This document shows, piece by piece, positions 38,029 through 52,675 of a stretch of DNA of 64,000 nucleotides. The DNA lies in contig CT867995.1 in the NCBI GenBank assembly GCA_000165425.1, positions 147,173 to 211,172 of the forward strand, written 5' to 3'. Made by a program: the position numbers and the translations under genes. This DNA comes from Paramecium tetraurelia. Its lineage: Eukaryota. The notes under the pieces were generated by a model. That model ran no database searches, was not told the DNA's origin, and saw nothing but the letters and a program-made list of their open reading frames with translations. Positions within the stretch are counted from its first letter, which is position 1. Every line of letters starts with the position of its first letter.

Positions 38029-40977
38029 ATGAAGACACCAATTAATTAAGACCTATTAGACCAATATGTTGGAATGGGATTTTCCAAATAATTGATCACC
38101 ATGGCATGGGAAGAGAGCAACACTGAAGCTGATGTCATCAATACTCTACTCACTTTGTCAGACAAGAACAATGCACTATCCAATACACCCACAGTATTCA
38201 AATATTTGAATAAATCTATTAGAAACAAGACGAGGATATTCAACTCAATCAAGCATTGATAGACTCTTACAAAACCAATCCTTAAGCAGCCACAACTACT
38301 TTTGAAATTGTATCGCCTGAATAAAGAAAGAGAAATAATGGTGTCCCATGTGGTCTTAAGAATGTGGGAAATACTTGTTACTTCAATGGATTACTCTAAA
38401 CATACTTCTTCAATAGTGATTTTGTTAAAATCATTATCAAATTTCAACCACCTGCTTAGATTGACCAAGGAAAATAGGGGAAATCCATTTAATTGGTGCT
38501 TAATCTTTAACAATTATTCCTTAGCATGATAGGAAGTGATAAAAAATATGTAGATCCTTCTGATGTGGTCAAGAGTATTTGTGATGATTTTGGGAATGTT
38601 CTTCCCATTGGCGATTAAAAGGATGTTGGAGAATTCAATCATTATTTTTTGAGCAGAATTGGAGAAGGCCTGGCTTAAAATGAACATTAACCTAGCAAAA
38701 TTGAAGATCAACCTCATGAAGGATCTTCATCTATTTTGAGATTGAAATCATCCACTATCCATGACGAGGATGTTGTTTCCAAATTATTCTTTTGCAAAGT
38801 GCATCATCACTTGCAATTCGACCAAGCTGGTGTACCCTAAAGCAGAGACAGCAACGTACTTTATAATTTCATCCCCATTAATTTGAAAGATGCCAATCTC
38901 TATGATGGTCTTGAAAATTTCGTTATCAATTCTGTTGAGGATTTCAAAAATGATTTAAGTGAAATTGTTTGTGCTACCAACTACAACTGGATTCAAGGTG
39001 CTCCTCAGACTTTGTCGTTTTAAATTCAAAGAGTTGATTATTGTAAAGAGAAACGTAATTCACACATTTAATTTAGATGATCTCATAAAGCAAAATGATG
39101 AGTTCTATTTTGAGGAGGAAATATATTTGGATCGTTTCCTTAATGAAAACAGTAAGAGATATTTGGAAATTAGAACTCAAATCAAAGAGTTGATTGATAA
39201 ACAAAAAAAAATCAAATAAGAATAATAATCATTTTCTAAATTTGATGATAAATACGACCTTTAAGATATCCTCTAAACAGTAGTTAAGTTCTTAGAAATC
39301 TAAAACAATAGCAATACTGACAATCCTGCCAATTTTGGTTACTCTGATTAGAAACACACTATAGAATAACTCTAAAAATACTCTTAACACGTTCAAAAAA
39401 GAAAAGAAGTCTTGTAATGTTTATACAATGACCTTGAAGGGAAGATCTAGGAGTCTTATAACAATTTCAAAAAGTATAAATATCATTTACAATCCATTTT
39501 GATTCATGAAGGAATGGCAAGTATGAAAATGTATGATAATTCTTAGATTCTGGACATTATTACACCTACATCAAAGATTTCAGATTAAATAAATGGTTTA
39601 AGTTTAATGATATTCATGTAACAGAAGAAACTAGAGAAAAAGTGTTTCAAGATGCTATTGGTGTCAAACCAGGAATCAATGCTTACTTACTTGTATATGT
39701 CAAAAGCGAATTTGTATAAGATGAATTGAAATATCCAAAGAGGTTGTATCAAACTAGCACTGAAAAGGACTATTTAAAGGATGGTTATGGGGATTTCCTT
39801 AATCCACAATAGAGGGATAGCATTATCAGAGAAAACCAATTGTTTTAGAATGAAGTTGAAGATTACAAATAGGCTAGAATAATCGATAGGATTGTGGAGT
39901 CCTATCAAAGTAGGTTTGAGTTTGTGAACGAACACACTCGTACTCTTACAAATAAGTATTAAAGTATCAAATTTAAACCTCTATTTACCTTAAACTTCCC
40001 AATTTACATAAAATGCAAGGCCACCTAATTATCAAATCAAAATACACAACATGACAACTTAATAAAATGGATAATCTTAGATTCTGCTTTGAGGGAAGTA
40101 CCTGAACACAAAGAAGGAATTTTCGGTGGATAATTAAGTGAGAATGTATAATCTACATATAAATATGTTTTAGTTTAAGAACAAGATATTAAACAAATTT
40201 AAAGCATAATTCAATGAATTCAAAAGGCCATCAGATAGTTTGACTCCGTCTGAGTAGAATGATTTGAATAAATTTGAATAGGAATATTTGAATTATGTGA
40301 ACTTCGGAGCTTGGGCTACACTAGTGTTAGACTATTTATCGAAGGCTGAATTTATCAAGGCTCTTTAGGTTTTACAGTGTCTGACTAAGAAAGTGAAGCC
40401 TTTGGAGTAGTAGAATTACTTTTTTAAGTTCACTAAGAATTTGAAGACTTTGCTACCCATAATAATAATTGGCAGGATGATTCCCAAGGAGTCTGAGGTC
40501 ATTCTGAAGGAGTTATAGTTGTTGCAAGCATATTTGGTGCACAATCACTTTTAGTACGATGATCCGAAGTTTTGGTAAGCAGAGATATCGATTATGTTGA
40601 ATGCCATAATAGAAAATCATGATGAGTAACAGGGCATCAAGGAGATCATCGTGAATTTTGAGGCTGGGAATAAGATCAAAGAGCAAATGGAATTATTGGA
40701 ATTCGTCTCGGAGGTACTATCTTTTTTGAAAAACCTTAGGAAATTCATAATCAATAAATTATTATATCTACTTCTTATGAGGTCTATTTTTGGAGTGCCT
40801 ATCCGAAACAGGATATAATCTTTGATAAGTTGATTGAGGGAATGAATACGCTCAAATAATTATTCGATGTAAAGATTGATAGTGTATATGTAGCCGTATA
40901 TAAAAATTCAATTGGCCTTGATAAAGGAGGTTAATTAACCCCTTATGAAAGAAGAATTAGAAAAAATGATAAAATGA
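38029..40977 (+). CDS. Ubiquitin-specific protease (C19) with N-terminal UBA-like domain
   Basis: VGMGF; Cys box GLKNVGNTCYFNGLLQ; QKDVGEF; His box HEGMANSGHYYTYI...WFKFND. Confidence 0.93.
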
Positions 40978-40992
40978 TATATTATATATATT

Positions 40993-42647
40993 ATGATCCT
41001 TATTGCTGCGTCGATGCATATCAGAGAGCATCGTTCATTTTCACTTAGAACTTCATCAGTGCACATACGTGATGAGGATCCCAAAGACGTTGTCAAGAGC
41101 AGCATCTGCGGAGTTATGATGGGAGTGTTATTTATGATAATATTTGCAATAATAGGCATAGTGGGAATCTTCACAAACATAGAAAAAGAGAGTGAGTACA
41201 TATGGATGCTCGTCGCATTGTCGCTTACCTACATTCTATTCATTCCTTACTTCATTCTCATTCTGAAAGACCTGAAGAGAATCTCGGCTGAGTTGGAGAA
41301 GCATCAAGATGAATCCATAGTAATGAATCCCTTTGCGTTTGCTTCAGGCATGAATACGATCAATGCAATCACAAGCAATGAAAAATATAACCCGTTTAGA
41401 CTGTTAAATATTTAGTTCTCCATAATATCTCTTATACTTAGTGCATACTTAATAAATTCGAAGATTGTAATAGGATCCTTATTAGCAATTGTGAATTACA
41501 TAGTTGCAGCAACGATATTGATCTACGCTTGTCGAAAGTGTTGGTTGGGCTGTTGCAACATTAGAGTGGTTACAAAAAAGCCTAAACGATACATTTATTA
41601 GCGCTATCCTTGTAATCAAATTTATTCTACCTTTTAGCTCCAAGAGAGGTCCAGAAGACAGCATTTGCCTTTGGGATACTACTACTGGCATTCTATGTAT
41701 TCAAGGGAATTCTGTACATCATATTTTTATTCATACAGTAAGAGGATTACAAATTTACGCAACTCACCAGTCTCTTTTATTCATTTATCATTTGCACTCA
41801 GATCGTTTACGTTCTCTATTTGATCAAAAAGATCAACATCACCTTGCATTCCAAGAAGTACTTCAGATGCTATATGACATTGTTCCAATCAGTGTATCTC
41901 TCATACACTACATAGAATTGTGTATTAAAGGGTCTTTACTTCTTTTCCCTCTTATGCACTTACATCGCCTTCTTTCTTGAAAAACCATATAAAACGATCG
42001 CCAAAGATTCATTATTTGGAATTTAGTAATTTTGTTCTTATGAACACTTTATCTACCTCTTTACTATCATGTAACTAATCTACTTCTTCCTTTTTCGAAG
42101 TTATTGTGTCAACAAGGAAGAAGAACAGATCTAAATATTTGATTTTAATCTGGCTTAACCCTAAGAGTAGAGATTGCAATGGGTTCAAAATTATCAAGAC
42201 TACCCTCTTTACAAATAGAAATCATTGTCCAACATCTACCAAATCCATGACTTGGAAGCTCTGTAGGAAATCTATGACAATATAGTGTTTCAGAATTCTT
42301 AGTTAGAATTAAAAGTCAAGCCCAGAAGTGGACAATTAATCTCCTTATTATAATGGATAGAAGACAAGAAGTTTTAATTTCAATTGGAAGGAAAAAAGGT
42401 TGATGAAGATTATTTCAACAACCTCAAACAATTCATAGAATAAAATGTTGGTCAGAGACAAGACAATCCAGAGAAACAAAAACTAGATTAGGATAGAATG
42501 GAGTGTGCCATTTGCTTGTAAAACCTTGATTACAAAGAAAACATCACTTAACTCGAGTGTCATTTCACCCATAGATTCCATACTGAATGCATTGAAAGAT
42601 GGATTCTTGCAGTTCATAAATGCCCCTTATGCAATTAGCCCACTTGA
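40993..42647 (+). CDS. Multipass membrane RING-H2 E3 ligase
   Basis: Many hydrophobic segments, then CAICLQN...LECHFTHRFHTECIERWI...CPLC before TGA; internal exon structure not fully resolved. Confidence 0.7.
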
Positions 42648-42947
42648 ATATTCTATTCGCTGACTATAATGATATAAATAACTATTCATCCTTAATGTGA
42701 TATTTACTAATTCTTCACATGATCCATATGCTATATATATATAGAATCATGTATTATTTATCAAGAATTTAAATTTATGTCCAATATTTCATATCAACTT
42801 CACCCCTGAAACGATTGCCATCAAGTTTTGATTAGATCACTGATTATCAATCACAGAATACTTCTAGAAAATATGTAGTCATTAAGATGTCATAATACTA
42901 TTGGATTTGATTAAAATTTTGATAAAATTGCAAAATAAGAATAAAAG

Positions 42948-44547
42948 ATGCAAAAATAAGAGAAATAATAAACAAAAGAATCTACTTTTCTAGGAAAGAT
43001 TGTGTGGATACTTATAGGAATTCTTGTTGCATATGGGATTAGATTATACCTAAGTGAATTCTAAAATATTAATTGCATAATAAATGGAGATCGTAAGTAA
43101 TTCTTCTTTTACTAGAAATTATCATGGAAAATAGTGGAATGTTTATTAGAGACGCTGGTGTTGCCCATCTATCATCTTAATTAAATCAGAATGTTTAAGC
43201 TACTAAATTGATAGCAGATTTAGGGATCAATTAAATTTCTGATCTAACAATCTTCTTTGAGTCTTTGGGCTATTTAACCAAGTTAAAAGAATGTAAAATC
43301 TATGTAAAATACTTTAGTGAAGTTATCTTTTGGAAATAATCCCATAATCAATTAAGAATCCTAAGTTATGAAGTTGGTTGACACCCTCTCTAAACTCAAG
43401 GAATTAGAGCATCTAAACCTTGGTATGGACTCAATTCTTAATAATTAAAGCAGACTCAAGATTATTTAATAGGTATCTAAGATTCCGGAATTAACAACTC
43501 TTCGTATTTCTCTCATCAGTTGTGATTTGTCAGAAGAAGGCATTAAATCACTTGCCCCTCTTGCAGAAATGAAAAACCTTAAAGCTCTAGATCTTATACT
43601 TGTTGGAAGTAAATTAAAAGAGAAAGAGATGGAATCTCTGTAATTAATACTATCAAAGCTTCCTAAACTAGAGAAACTCAATCTAAATTTATATGCAAAT
43701 AAAATCTAACATGATGGAGTGAAGACTCTCAGCGTTGGATTATAATAATAGATCTAAGTAAGAGAATTTGGAATTGATTTGTATTTCAACAACATTACAT
43801 ATAATGGAACAGAAAGTTTAATGAAAGTAGTAGAGTAGATGAATAATGTAACCAAATTAAATTTGGGTTTGGAATTCAATTATATAAAAGATGAAGGAGG
43901 AATATATGTTGGAAATACATTAACCTAATTAAAATAGCTTAAAGAATTATCAATTAATGCAGCTACAAAGAATTTTGGATGGGTTGGCTTTGAGGCTATC
44001 TTGGTAGCCATTGAGAAGTTACCTCCTTTGGATAAACTAGAATTGGTTATAGGTGTTAATAAATGTGGTCCAAAAGGTGCAGAATTATTAAAGAATGTTC
44101 TCTACAAACATAATAAATTAAAATCATTGAGAATCAATTATTTAGAAAACTACATCGGTGATGCTGGAGCTACATTTATTGCTGATGGAATTCAATATTA
44201 GAGTTAATTGGAGGAATTACATGTCAATATGAATTTCAACTCCTTTTCAGACAGAGGAGCATTAGAATTGGCTAGAGCTGTTAAGAATGCTAAATCTCCA
44301 AAGGTATTATTATAATTAATACAAGGTTGTATAATTAAAAGTTAGTTAAAATTAATTGACCGATAAAGGAATCAAAGACATGTTGTAACTTTTAGAATAA
44401 TCACTCTCTAAACTAGATTCTTTAAATGTAGAAATTTTGAACACTGCATTAACAAATGCAACTAGAGATGATATTGAAACCAAATATGGAAATGTAGAGA
44501 AGCTAAGCCTAAAATTAAACACTATTCCACCAAGTAATTGGGATTGA
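42948..44547 (+). CDS. Membrane-anchored ribonuclease-inhibitor-type LRR protein
   Basis: N-terminal TM IVWILIGILVAYGI; ~28-aa repeats such as LEKLNLNLYANKIQHDG and LKSLRINYLENYIGDAGA. Confidence 0.8.
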
Positions 44548-44890
44548 TAGATTAAATTTTATCATTGTTAAAACATTTAATCAAATAATCATTTTATATA
44601 ACTTAGTAATTTATTGATTAGAATACAATTTAACTATGATACAATAATTCTAATACATATGTGTGTAAAATTAGTTTTAAAATCCTTAAATTATTTCTAT
44701 TAGATTATTATTTTCGAAATAATAAATTTTATTTATAAATAACTCTTTTAAAGTGTTATGATACTTTCATTATTGTGATTTTAAACCTATTTTTAAATAC
44801 TTATTCAAGTGAATTAAAGTGATAATTAAAATCTAAAATCAACCGAATATATTTAATACTTCTCATTCAAATACAGATTATAATATTATA

Positions 44891-45884
44891 ATGGGAAATA
44901 ATTTTTGTTTGGGAAAACGCTCTTTTAAGAAAAAAAATGAATTAGAGCATCAAATGTTTATATAAGAGATTGATTATTAACTTGACAAATTAAAGGAAAT
45001 ACCTTATAGATAATTTAAACCACCCGAATATGAGAAAAAAACGATTATTGATTTACTATAAGTAATTGACATAAAGAGCACTCGTTAATCAATTGTTGAG
45101 CCAGAATAAGAAAACGAGGTAGTGAAGAATGATGAAATAAAACCAGATGAATTTAACTAATACTAGGAACTTGGAAAGGAGATTATAACATAAATCTAAT
45201 AGAAAATTTAAGAGTTTCCATAAGATGAGAAAAATTGGAGTTTATTGTTAGACGATATCAAAAGCCCTCATTTTTTGAAGTTATACATTAGACAAGTGCA
45301 ATTACCAGATGGGAATAAAATCAATGTTACTTATAGCTAGTTCATAGTACCCTGTAAGAGCGAAAGGTTCATATAATTTATGGGAGATTTTAAAGATTAA
45401 ATAAAACTTGATAATAGGATCGATTAGTTCAAGTGTATAAAAAAGCATCCAGAGAAGCAAGAACAACTGATATATTTAAGTTATAAGAGTGTCTCGATTG
45501 TATCGGCAAGGGATTTTGTTTACTTTAAAAAAACGGAATAAATTGATAAGGATAATGATATCTGGTGTGATGCCAGCAGATCTATTATTGATAATTCAAT
45601 TTGTCCAATCCAAAATAAAATTGTGAGAGGAAACATCCAGTTAAGTGGATATGTAATCCAACCTCTAAAAAATGTAATGAAATAGGAGTATTTTTCTTAG
45701 AGGTTATATTAAACATAAGTTTTTAAGGTTCTCAACAATAGTCTTCAAAGTTGAAAGCTATTCACTGGTGTAATTGTGGTCAGAATGTGATTTTAAGTTA
45801 TCTGTGCCCCTGTATCTAGCGAAGGGACAAGTGAAATAAGAAATGGCAAATTATATAAATCTAGTTTATCGTAGTTTATTATGA
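44891..45884 (+). CDS. START-domain lipid-transfer protein, possibly N-acylated
   Basis: MGNNFC start; IYLSYKSVSIVSARDFVYFKK; KIVRGNIQLSGYVIQP. Confidence 0.8.
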
Positions 45885-45894
45885 TAATAATTAT

Positions 45895-48800
45895 TCAAAA
45901 ATCTTAAAATGATTCTCTTCTATCTATTGAGAACTCAGCCAATTTAGTTATTCTGAGCAACCTCAAATAATCTCTGTGAACATAAAACATCATGATTTTT
46001 TTATATGTGGCTATGGTGTCATTGGAAATCCCATTTTTTTACTCAAAAATATAAGTATAATATTAAATAACATTTGAAGTTTCCTTGCTGCTGATGATCT
46101 TCCTATTTTATTGCAAAGCCAGCAAGTTCAAGAAATTATGAAATTATTATAAAGTAAGTCCTTCATCTTCGATTTAGCTATAATAAAAATAATACCTAAT
46201 GGTTGCTTTGGTAATTTTCGATGGACATAATTTGATTTTCATAAAAACCTTAACCACATCATCGAAATTAATAAATTATGATTATTCATTCTTGGAATTC
46301 TCAAAAAACTCTGCAATTAAAGGATTAAAGGCTTCTAGAAAGTCCGAATAATATTAACAATTTTATAATTAGAGATCAATAGGTTCATAAAAGAATGTTT
46401 TGTTTGGAAATATATAAATCTATAGGAATCTAACACATAGAAATATGCTTACTTGTTGATTTTCTATTGAGGATCCGAGTTCTACTCGATTTCCTTTTTG
46501 CTAAACTTGAATCTCACTTAATTGGCTTCCCTTTGAAATTCTGGATTATTTGTATCAATCTCACTTGTAATTGAAGCTAAGTTTCGAATAGCATCAAGAA
46601 AAAATGAGTATGTCAACCCTTTATCTAGAAAAAACGATTGATCCTCAAGACATTTGTGGAATATTCTCAGTCCCTCGTCGCTCGTGATTTATGTTTTCAA
46701 GTCTTTACATAGAGTAATGAAATTTTGTGCATTGATAAATTAAAATGTTTAGCTTGAATCCTCTTCATACTTGTTAGAGTACTTGAAGAATAATTTATGC
46801 AATAAATCTGATGACAGATCCTTCTCCTCATTTGAATTCTAATGAATTATAAAGTTTTATAATGTTTTAGGCACCTTCTTATAATTATAATTGACTAAGA
46901 AATCAATGACTTCTTTGTTCTCTTGTCTTTTAATTTCTGGATCGTTTTTGAAGAATTATTGAATAGTATTAATTCTCCTTTTATTTATCTTGTCTGTAAC
47001 TTCGATTATTCTAGATTTGTTATTTTCACTTTTAATTCTTTATTCTCTGGTTTAGTAGTATCGGTTTGAATAGTCTGTTTTATTTAGTTCACCTATATGT
47101 TTTTTAGTCATTCTCAGTTAATTCACTTTGTAATTACTGATAAAATGTTCTAAATCCTACTTACTATATTTTTATGATTACACTTTGAACTTTCTCTATT
47201 TTTAATGATTATGATAGGATTGATTAGTCAATAATTTATCACAATAAAAGGAATCAAATAGTAGTGCCTCTTCGAGTACTTTTCCATATTACTCATCGTT
47301 ACTAAGTGCACAAAACACATTGATTTCCTTATTTTCATATCCCAATTCGTGATTGTTAGGTTCTGGCAGTTGTTATTTGAGTTTTTAAGTAATCAGTGAA
47401 TTTTAATCTTTAGTATTATTATTTAATATTTTTTTTTTCTATTCTTATATTTTCATTGTATAATCCTCAGTTTATTATTTCAGAATGTATTCCTCATAAA
47501 AGAGTTCCAGAATAGCTTCTTATATTTAATTCACATAGTATTCAAGGGTTCGTTGTTAATTCACTATTTTCCTTAAATAATCAATATTTAATGATTTAAA
47601 GTATTTGATTGTTATTTCAAATAAATATTTTCTAGTATCGATTTCTTGTTCTTAGTATTTTGAATCTGAGTCTTGTACATACTGGAATTTATCTAAAAGG
47701 GATTATAAGTAATCATCTCCTGACTTACAATTGATTAGATAATCTTGAAACTTATTGTTTAGCATAATGTTCGTAATTTATTTGAGTAATTGTTTTGCAA
47801 GTAATAAACTAAATTCATATTACATTTATTTTGTGGAGTCAGTATAAAAAAACTCATCAGATTTTTGTTTCCCATCATCTAATCTTGCAATTCTTTATAA
47901 ACAATCCTCAAGTCTTTTTTGTCCATTAACCCATCTTTATTGTTAATCTAAGAAACCATTAAAGTTGTTGAGTTTGAGATTATTATCTGCTTTATCTTCT
48001 GAAAAGTTACGTTTTAATTGTAGAATTTCTTTAATTTATTTTATCAACATTAATAATAATATTTATATCACATTATAACATATTCAAAATGAGTCAGACT
48101 AATTTAATAACTTGTGGAACTTGTCAAAATCTGACTATATGTTATTTACCTTTTGACTAGTTTCTTCGATATTTTCTGATTGGTCCTTTTTTAAACTCAC
48201 TTAAAATCTGTAAGCGTTGGAGGACACTTTTAAGAGTTCCTAAAGAAAATACGCATTCTTTGGTTTCTTTTGAGAGAAATTCAAACTTGATTATTGTGGA
48301 GAGACATGCAAACTTCTGTGTTTCTTATGAGTTTATTTTTCAGAACTCTGTAAGGTTTATCTATCATCTTGATTGAGATTAAATTTATTAGGCTCCTTAA
48401 CTTGCAACCCAATTTTTTAATAAAATTTCTTAAATTTGGCATAGAAGGGATCTTGCAGTATTTTTGGAGCTGGTTTAGGTTGTGATGGAGGTGGAGTAGT
48501 GATATCCCCTAAACGAAGTTCGATAGAATGCCTTTTAGAAAGAAACTTAATTTTAGGATTTGATGCTGGTTTCGAAGCTTATGGTGTTGGTGAAATAAAC
48601 TTAAATTCACTCAGTTTATCAAGAGCAACCCTACTTAATTCCAACAAGTTCTGGCAATTTTTCGATAATACACGCCATCTTAATTCCTTAACTTCATCTA
48701 TCCTAACTTCAGGTTCGACTTAAACTTTCTGGAGAGTGCGATAAAGTACCATTTTCGGTTTGTCTTTATTACTATAGTATTGAACATTATGAACGGGAGA

Positions 48801-48975
48801 CTGCAGTTAATCCGAACTTTTGTGTTTCATGAAATACTTAACGACGCCATTTTGTTGATCATCTTTAACATTTTGCATCTTCATGTCAAGTTTCTCCCTT
48901 CTTATCTGATAAATAAACTATAAATACTTATTCTGGACTCTTATGAAAATATCTCTCCTTATCAAATTTCTACAT
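45895..48975 (-). CDS. Large coiled-coil hypothetical protein
   Basis: About 3-kb coding frame under table 6: S/P-rich N-terminus, coiled-coil middle, helical C-terminus. Confidence 0.55.
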
Positions 48976-48992
48976 AATATTAATTAAAAATA

Positions 48993-50330
48993 ATGAGTAC
49001 TAAGACAAACAAAATAGTTGAACCCAAATTCCCAACCTTTTAATATTGAAGATACATGAAAATAACCAACACACACCTCAAGATCAAATTGTAACTAAAG
49101 CAAAATTAAGAAACTAAAAGATGTAATTTATTAAAGTCTCCTTCTATTTGATGTTTCGGCCCTGAATTTTTTTTATTCTACCTCTGAACACTTCTCATTG
49201 ATAACTGCTACTCAAACTCATTTCCATTCTTCAAGAACCCAAAGAAAAAAACTCAAAACCATATGAGAGTAAAGTTGACAGAAATTAGCAGAAAAAGTAT
49301 AATTTTAGACAAACTTTAAGATTAATTAAAAAAAGCAAGAGAGAGAAGGAATTGTTGAAATTGAATGAATTTAAACAAAATAAAGTGGGAAAATTAAGAT
49401 AGGAACTTAAAAGAAAAGTAAAGGAAATTTAACTTGAAGAACTTAGAAATAGAAGATGAGGAGGACTTTATTATCACTCCATAGATAAATTAGCAAAAAG
49501 AAACCATGTTTAAAAATATGAATCATTGAAATCATCTAATAGAAATACTATTCTTCTATTCTAATTATTAATAGTTACGATTACCTATACTTTGCAGGAG
49601 GAAAAAAATAGAAATGGTTTAGATTGATATTTAATATAGAAGCTTATAGATGAATTTATTAACTTTGCTTATTCCTCTACCCATTTTAAATTGAAAATTA
49701 AAGACAAAAATGGGTAGACTAGGAAATATCTAAATTCTAAAGCATCCTTATTGTATGGAGTTTAAAGATGGGCAGTAATACAATAACTATGGATTAAGAC
49801 ATATCTAAATTGAAACAAGAACATAAGATATAATTTAATATTATAAATAAGAAAAAGATTATGTGAGGGTAAAAAACTATAAAAATTATCATATAAGAAA
49901 TGAGTCATTTTTGATTATCTTAAATTACCTTACTACTACTAAAAGCATTGTTAAGTATGTTGTCAGAATTAATATGATAGTATCCTTTTTGTCTATTTTC
50001 CTAAAGGAGAACCTGCTTATGGGTCTTTCGAAAGATTGATTGAATTTATTGATCTAAGTAATCCTTTGAATAAATAAATTAGTCAATCAAATTGATTAGA
50101 GAATAACATTTACAACTAAAATTAGATAACTTAGAATCACTAGAAATTATCAATAGTTAAAATTGAAGCTTTATAGGAAGATTTAAAATAAACTGTGTTA
50201 GATATAATGCAAAAGGTCTTTGAGTAACTAATGTAAAAATTATCATTTTTTTAAAGAATTCAATTACTCATTCGACTCTTAAATTTAAACTGCAAGCCTG
50301 ATGTGGAGGATGATTATATAATTCAATCGA
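48993..50330 (+). pseudogene. Coding-like region with interrupted frames
   Basis: Protein-like segments (DYLKLPYYYQKHCQVCCQ, FPKGEPAYGSFERLIEF) but in-frame TGA and frame changes. Confidence 0.3.
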
Positions 50331-50371
50331 TTAGGCTTATTTTAATGTCAATATTATTATTATATTTATAA

Positions 50372-50722
50372 ATGTTTGAAGAACCAATCATGGAATCTAT
50401 GCTTGATTATAATCAGCAACTAACTCTAGATCAGAAGTTGCAAACCATGAACCTACCCCTTAAAACTCTCTCAGAAGTCAAAGAGAGATACAAATACCAA
50501 ATTGATTATTCAACATTGCAAGAGAGAAAATTCAATCTAAGAAAAACTAGACAGCCTCTCATTATTTTTTCATCTGCTGAAATTGACATACCTCCCACAA
50601 GAACTGAAGTTAGGATTAAATCAGTGATATCTCCTAAAATCAATTAAAGTCTCTTACATGTTTCTGCTTAACCAAAAAATCCTAAAAGCAGAAGTCTAGG
50701 TTTCAGAAAAAAGCGCTAATGA
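50372..50722 (+). CDS. Small hypothetical protein
   Basis: ATG-TGA ORF of about 116 aa under table 6. Confidence 0.6.
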
Positions 50723-51756
50723 ATTTAATAACTTAAGAAGTAGCATCAACAATACTTCATTGTTGTGATTATACCTCTTTATTATAATTAATTAATAAGT
50801 ATTTACAATTTGTCCAGTATTACTTAATGTTCACAACTCATTTCTATCTATAAATGAATAATCATTTATAGCATTCTGAATAAAAACTCACTGTAATTCA
50901 TAAGAATCTCCTTTATACGTTTAAAAAAATGCTATATAACTATATAAATATTAAAATCAAATTTAGAACAAAAATTGAATGCATAGAGATTGAGTAACTT
51001 ATTTAATTAAATTAAAGAATTATAGAACCGGAATAATATTGTAATCTTCGTTTGATGATTGATAATTGATGATTACAAAATAAAATTTCTTAAATTGTCT
51101 GAGTTTATTTTTTTGTAACTATTTATTTGCGAGATATTTTGTAGAATATATTGGTGCCAAATTGAGATGAATCTTTGAAAACTAGTATTTATAATTTTTT
51201 GGACTTAAACTCTTATCGTAGGAGAAAACAGAGAAAATCATATAAAAGGTTAGAGTTATTGATTTTTTGTGACAATCATTAGAGCAGGGTTTATATGGCA
51301 TTGTAATTTTATATTGGTTAAGATATTAAATTTTGAGATCATGAAGTAGACTTAATTATCATTTGATTTATAATAATGAAATACTATATAGAATCAAACA
51401 TTAAATTTTGATATAGAATGAAATATGAGTGTTCATTGTTAATAAAGTTATGAATCTGTTTCAAATTATAGCAATGAAATTATTAAAAAGCATTCCAATA
51501 ACAATTTTTGGTATTTAGTTGGAATAATACTTATATGATTTTAGGATAAAACCCATATTACTTCATTAGACGAAGTGATGGAAGAGTCAGGGATGAACAA
51601 AATGATTATTTTAATAACACATTATCTACGATTTTTAAGTACTTATTATTCAACTATTTAAGTAAGATATTAGGATAGCCAATATGAGAATAAATAAATT
51701 AAATGTCATCATAACAAATGATTATTTAAATTAACACTCTAATAAATTGCATAAAA

Positions 51757-52650
51757 TCATTGTATATTTTCCCCTGAAATAATTCCAATTGTTTCTTCTA
51801 TAGGGATAGATTGTTTTTCCAAAATCACATACTTCACTCTTTTTAAGACCCTTATTGATATCAAAATTAGGAGTATGAGTAGTACTATAAAAATAAAAAA
51901 GAGGATTTAATCATCTAATTTTATTGTTGTGTTTTTTTCAAGACGTGAAAATATATTGCAATATTCAGGCGGATCAGTTTTTAATTTATAACATATTTAG
52001 CCAATCATTTCAGGAAATGACGAATCCTAAATTTCTTTATTATCTAAGTATACACTTAGTGAACTCTCATTATATTACTTTTTCATTTCTTAAGCAAGTA
52101 GGTGATTTTCTAACAATGCCTTATCACCCTCTCCTACAAAGCTAGCATTAACACATTCATCAATTTCAGTTGTATTTAAACTAAGCAAATTTTTCAATAT
52201 ATTTTCTGAACAAAATGTATAATGTGGACTTTCAAAACAATCTTACTAAAAGAAATTGATATAGCTTAAAAATATGTTAATATCCTTTGCAAATAAGCAT
52301 TGCTATCTGATAATCTCTGTAAGTAACTATTGACCATTGGCATAAGTTGAAAATTCTAAGGTTGAAGACAAAATTGCTTACAACAATATCTTCCACCTCC
52401 GAAGCAATGTAATTCAGGTTATGTGTAATTATGTCTCTATTTGCATGTGTAGCATGGCAGAATGTGATTCCGAATGTTCAAGGTCACTTAATTGAATGAG
52501 AAGAGAATTACATCCTTTTTCTTCAAATTATTCATAATGTTATTCCAATCTTCCCAAATAGGCTAAGGATTCCTTATTATTTATGTCAATTCCAATGGTT
52601 AGATTGAGAGAGGCCAAACACCTTCCTATCAATATGGATAAGAATAACAT
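51757..52650 (-). CDS. Type I membrane protein resembling part of a vacuolar sorting receptor luminal domain
   Basis: Signal peptide MLFLSILIGSVWP, Cys motif CYTC...HCFGGGRYC, C-terminal TM ILFFIIVLLILLILISI. Confidence 0.55.
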
Positions 52651-52675
52651 AATTGAATACTAAAATAATTATATT

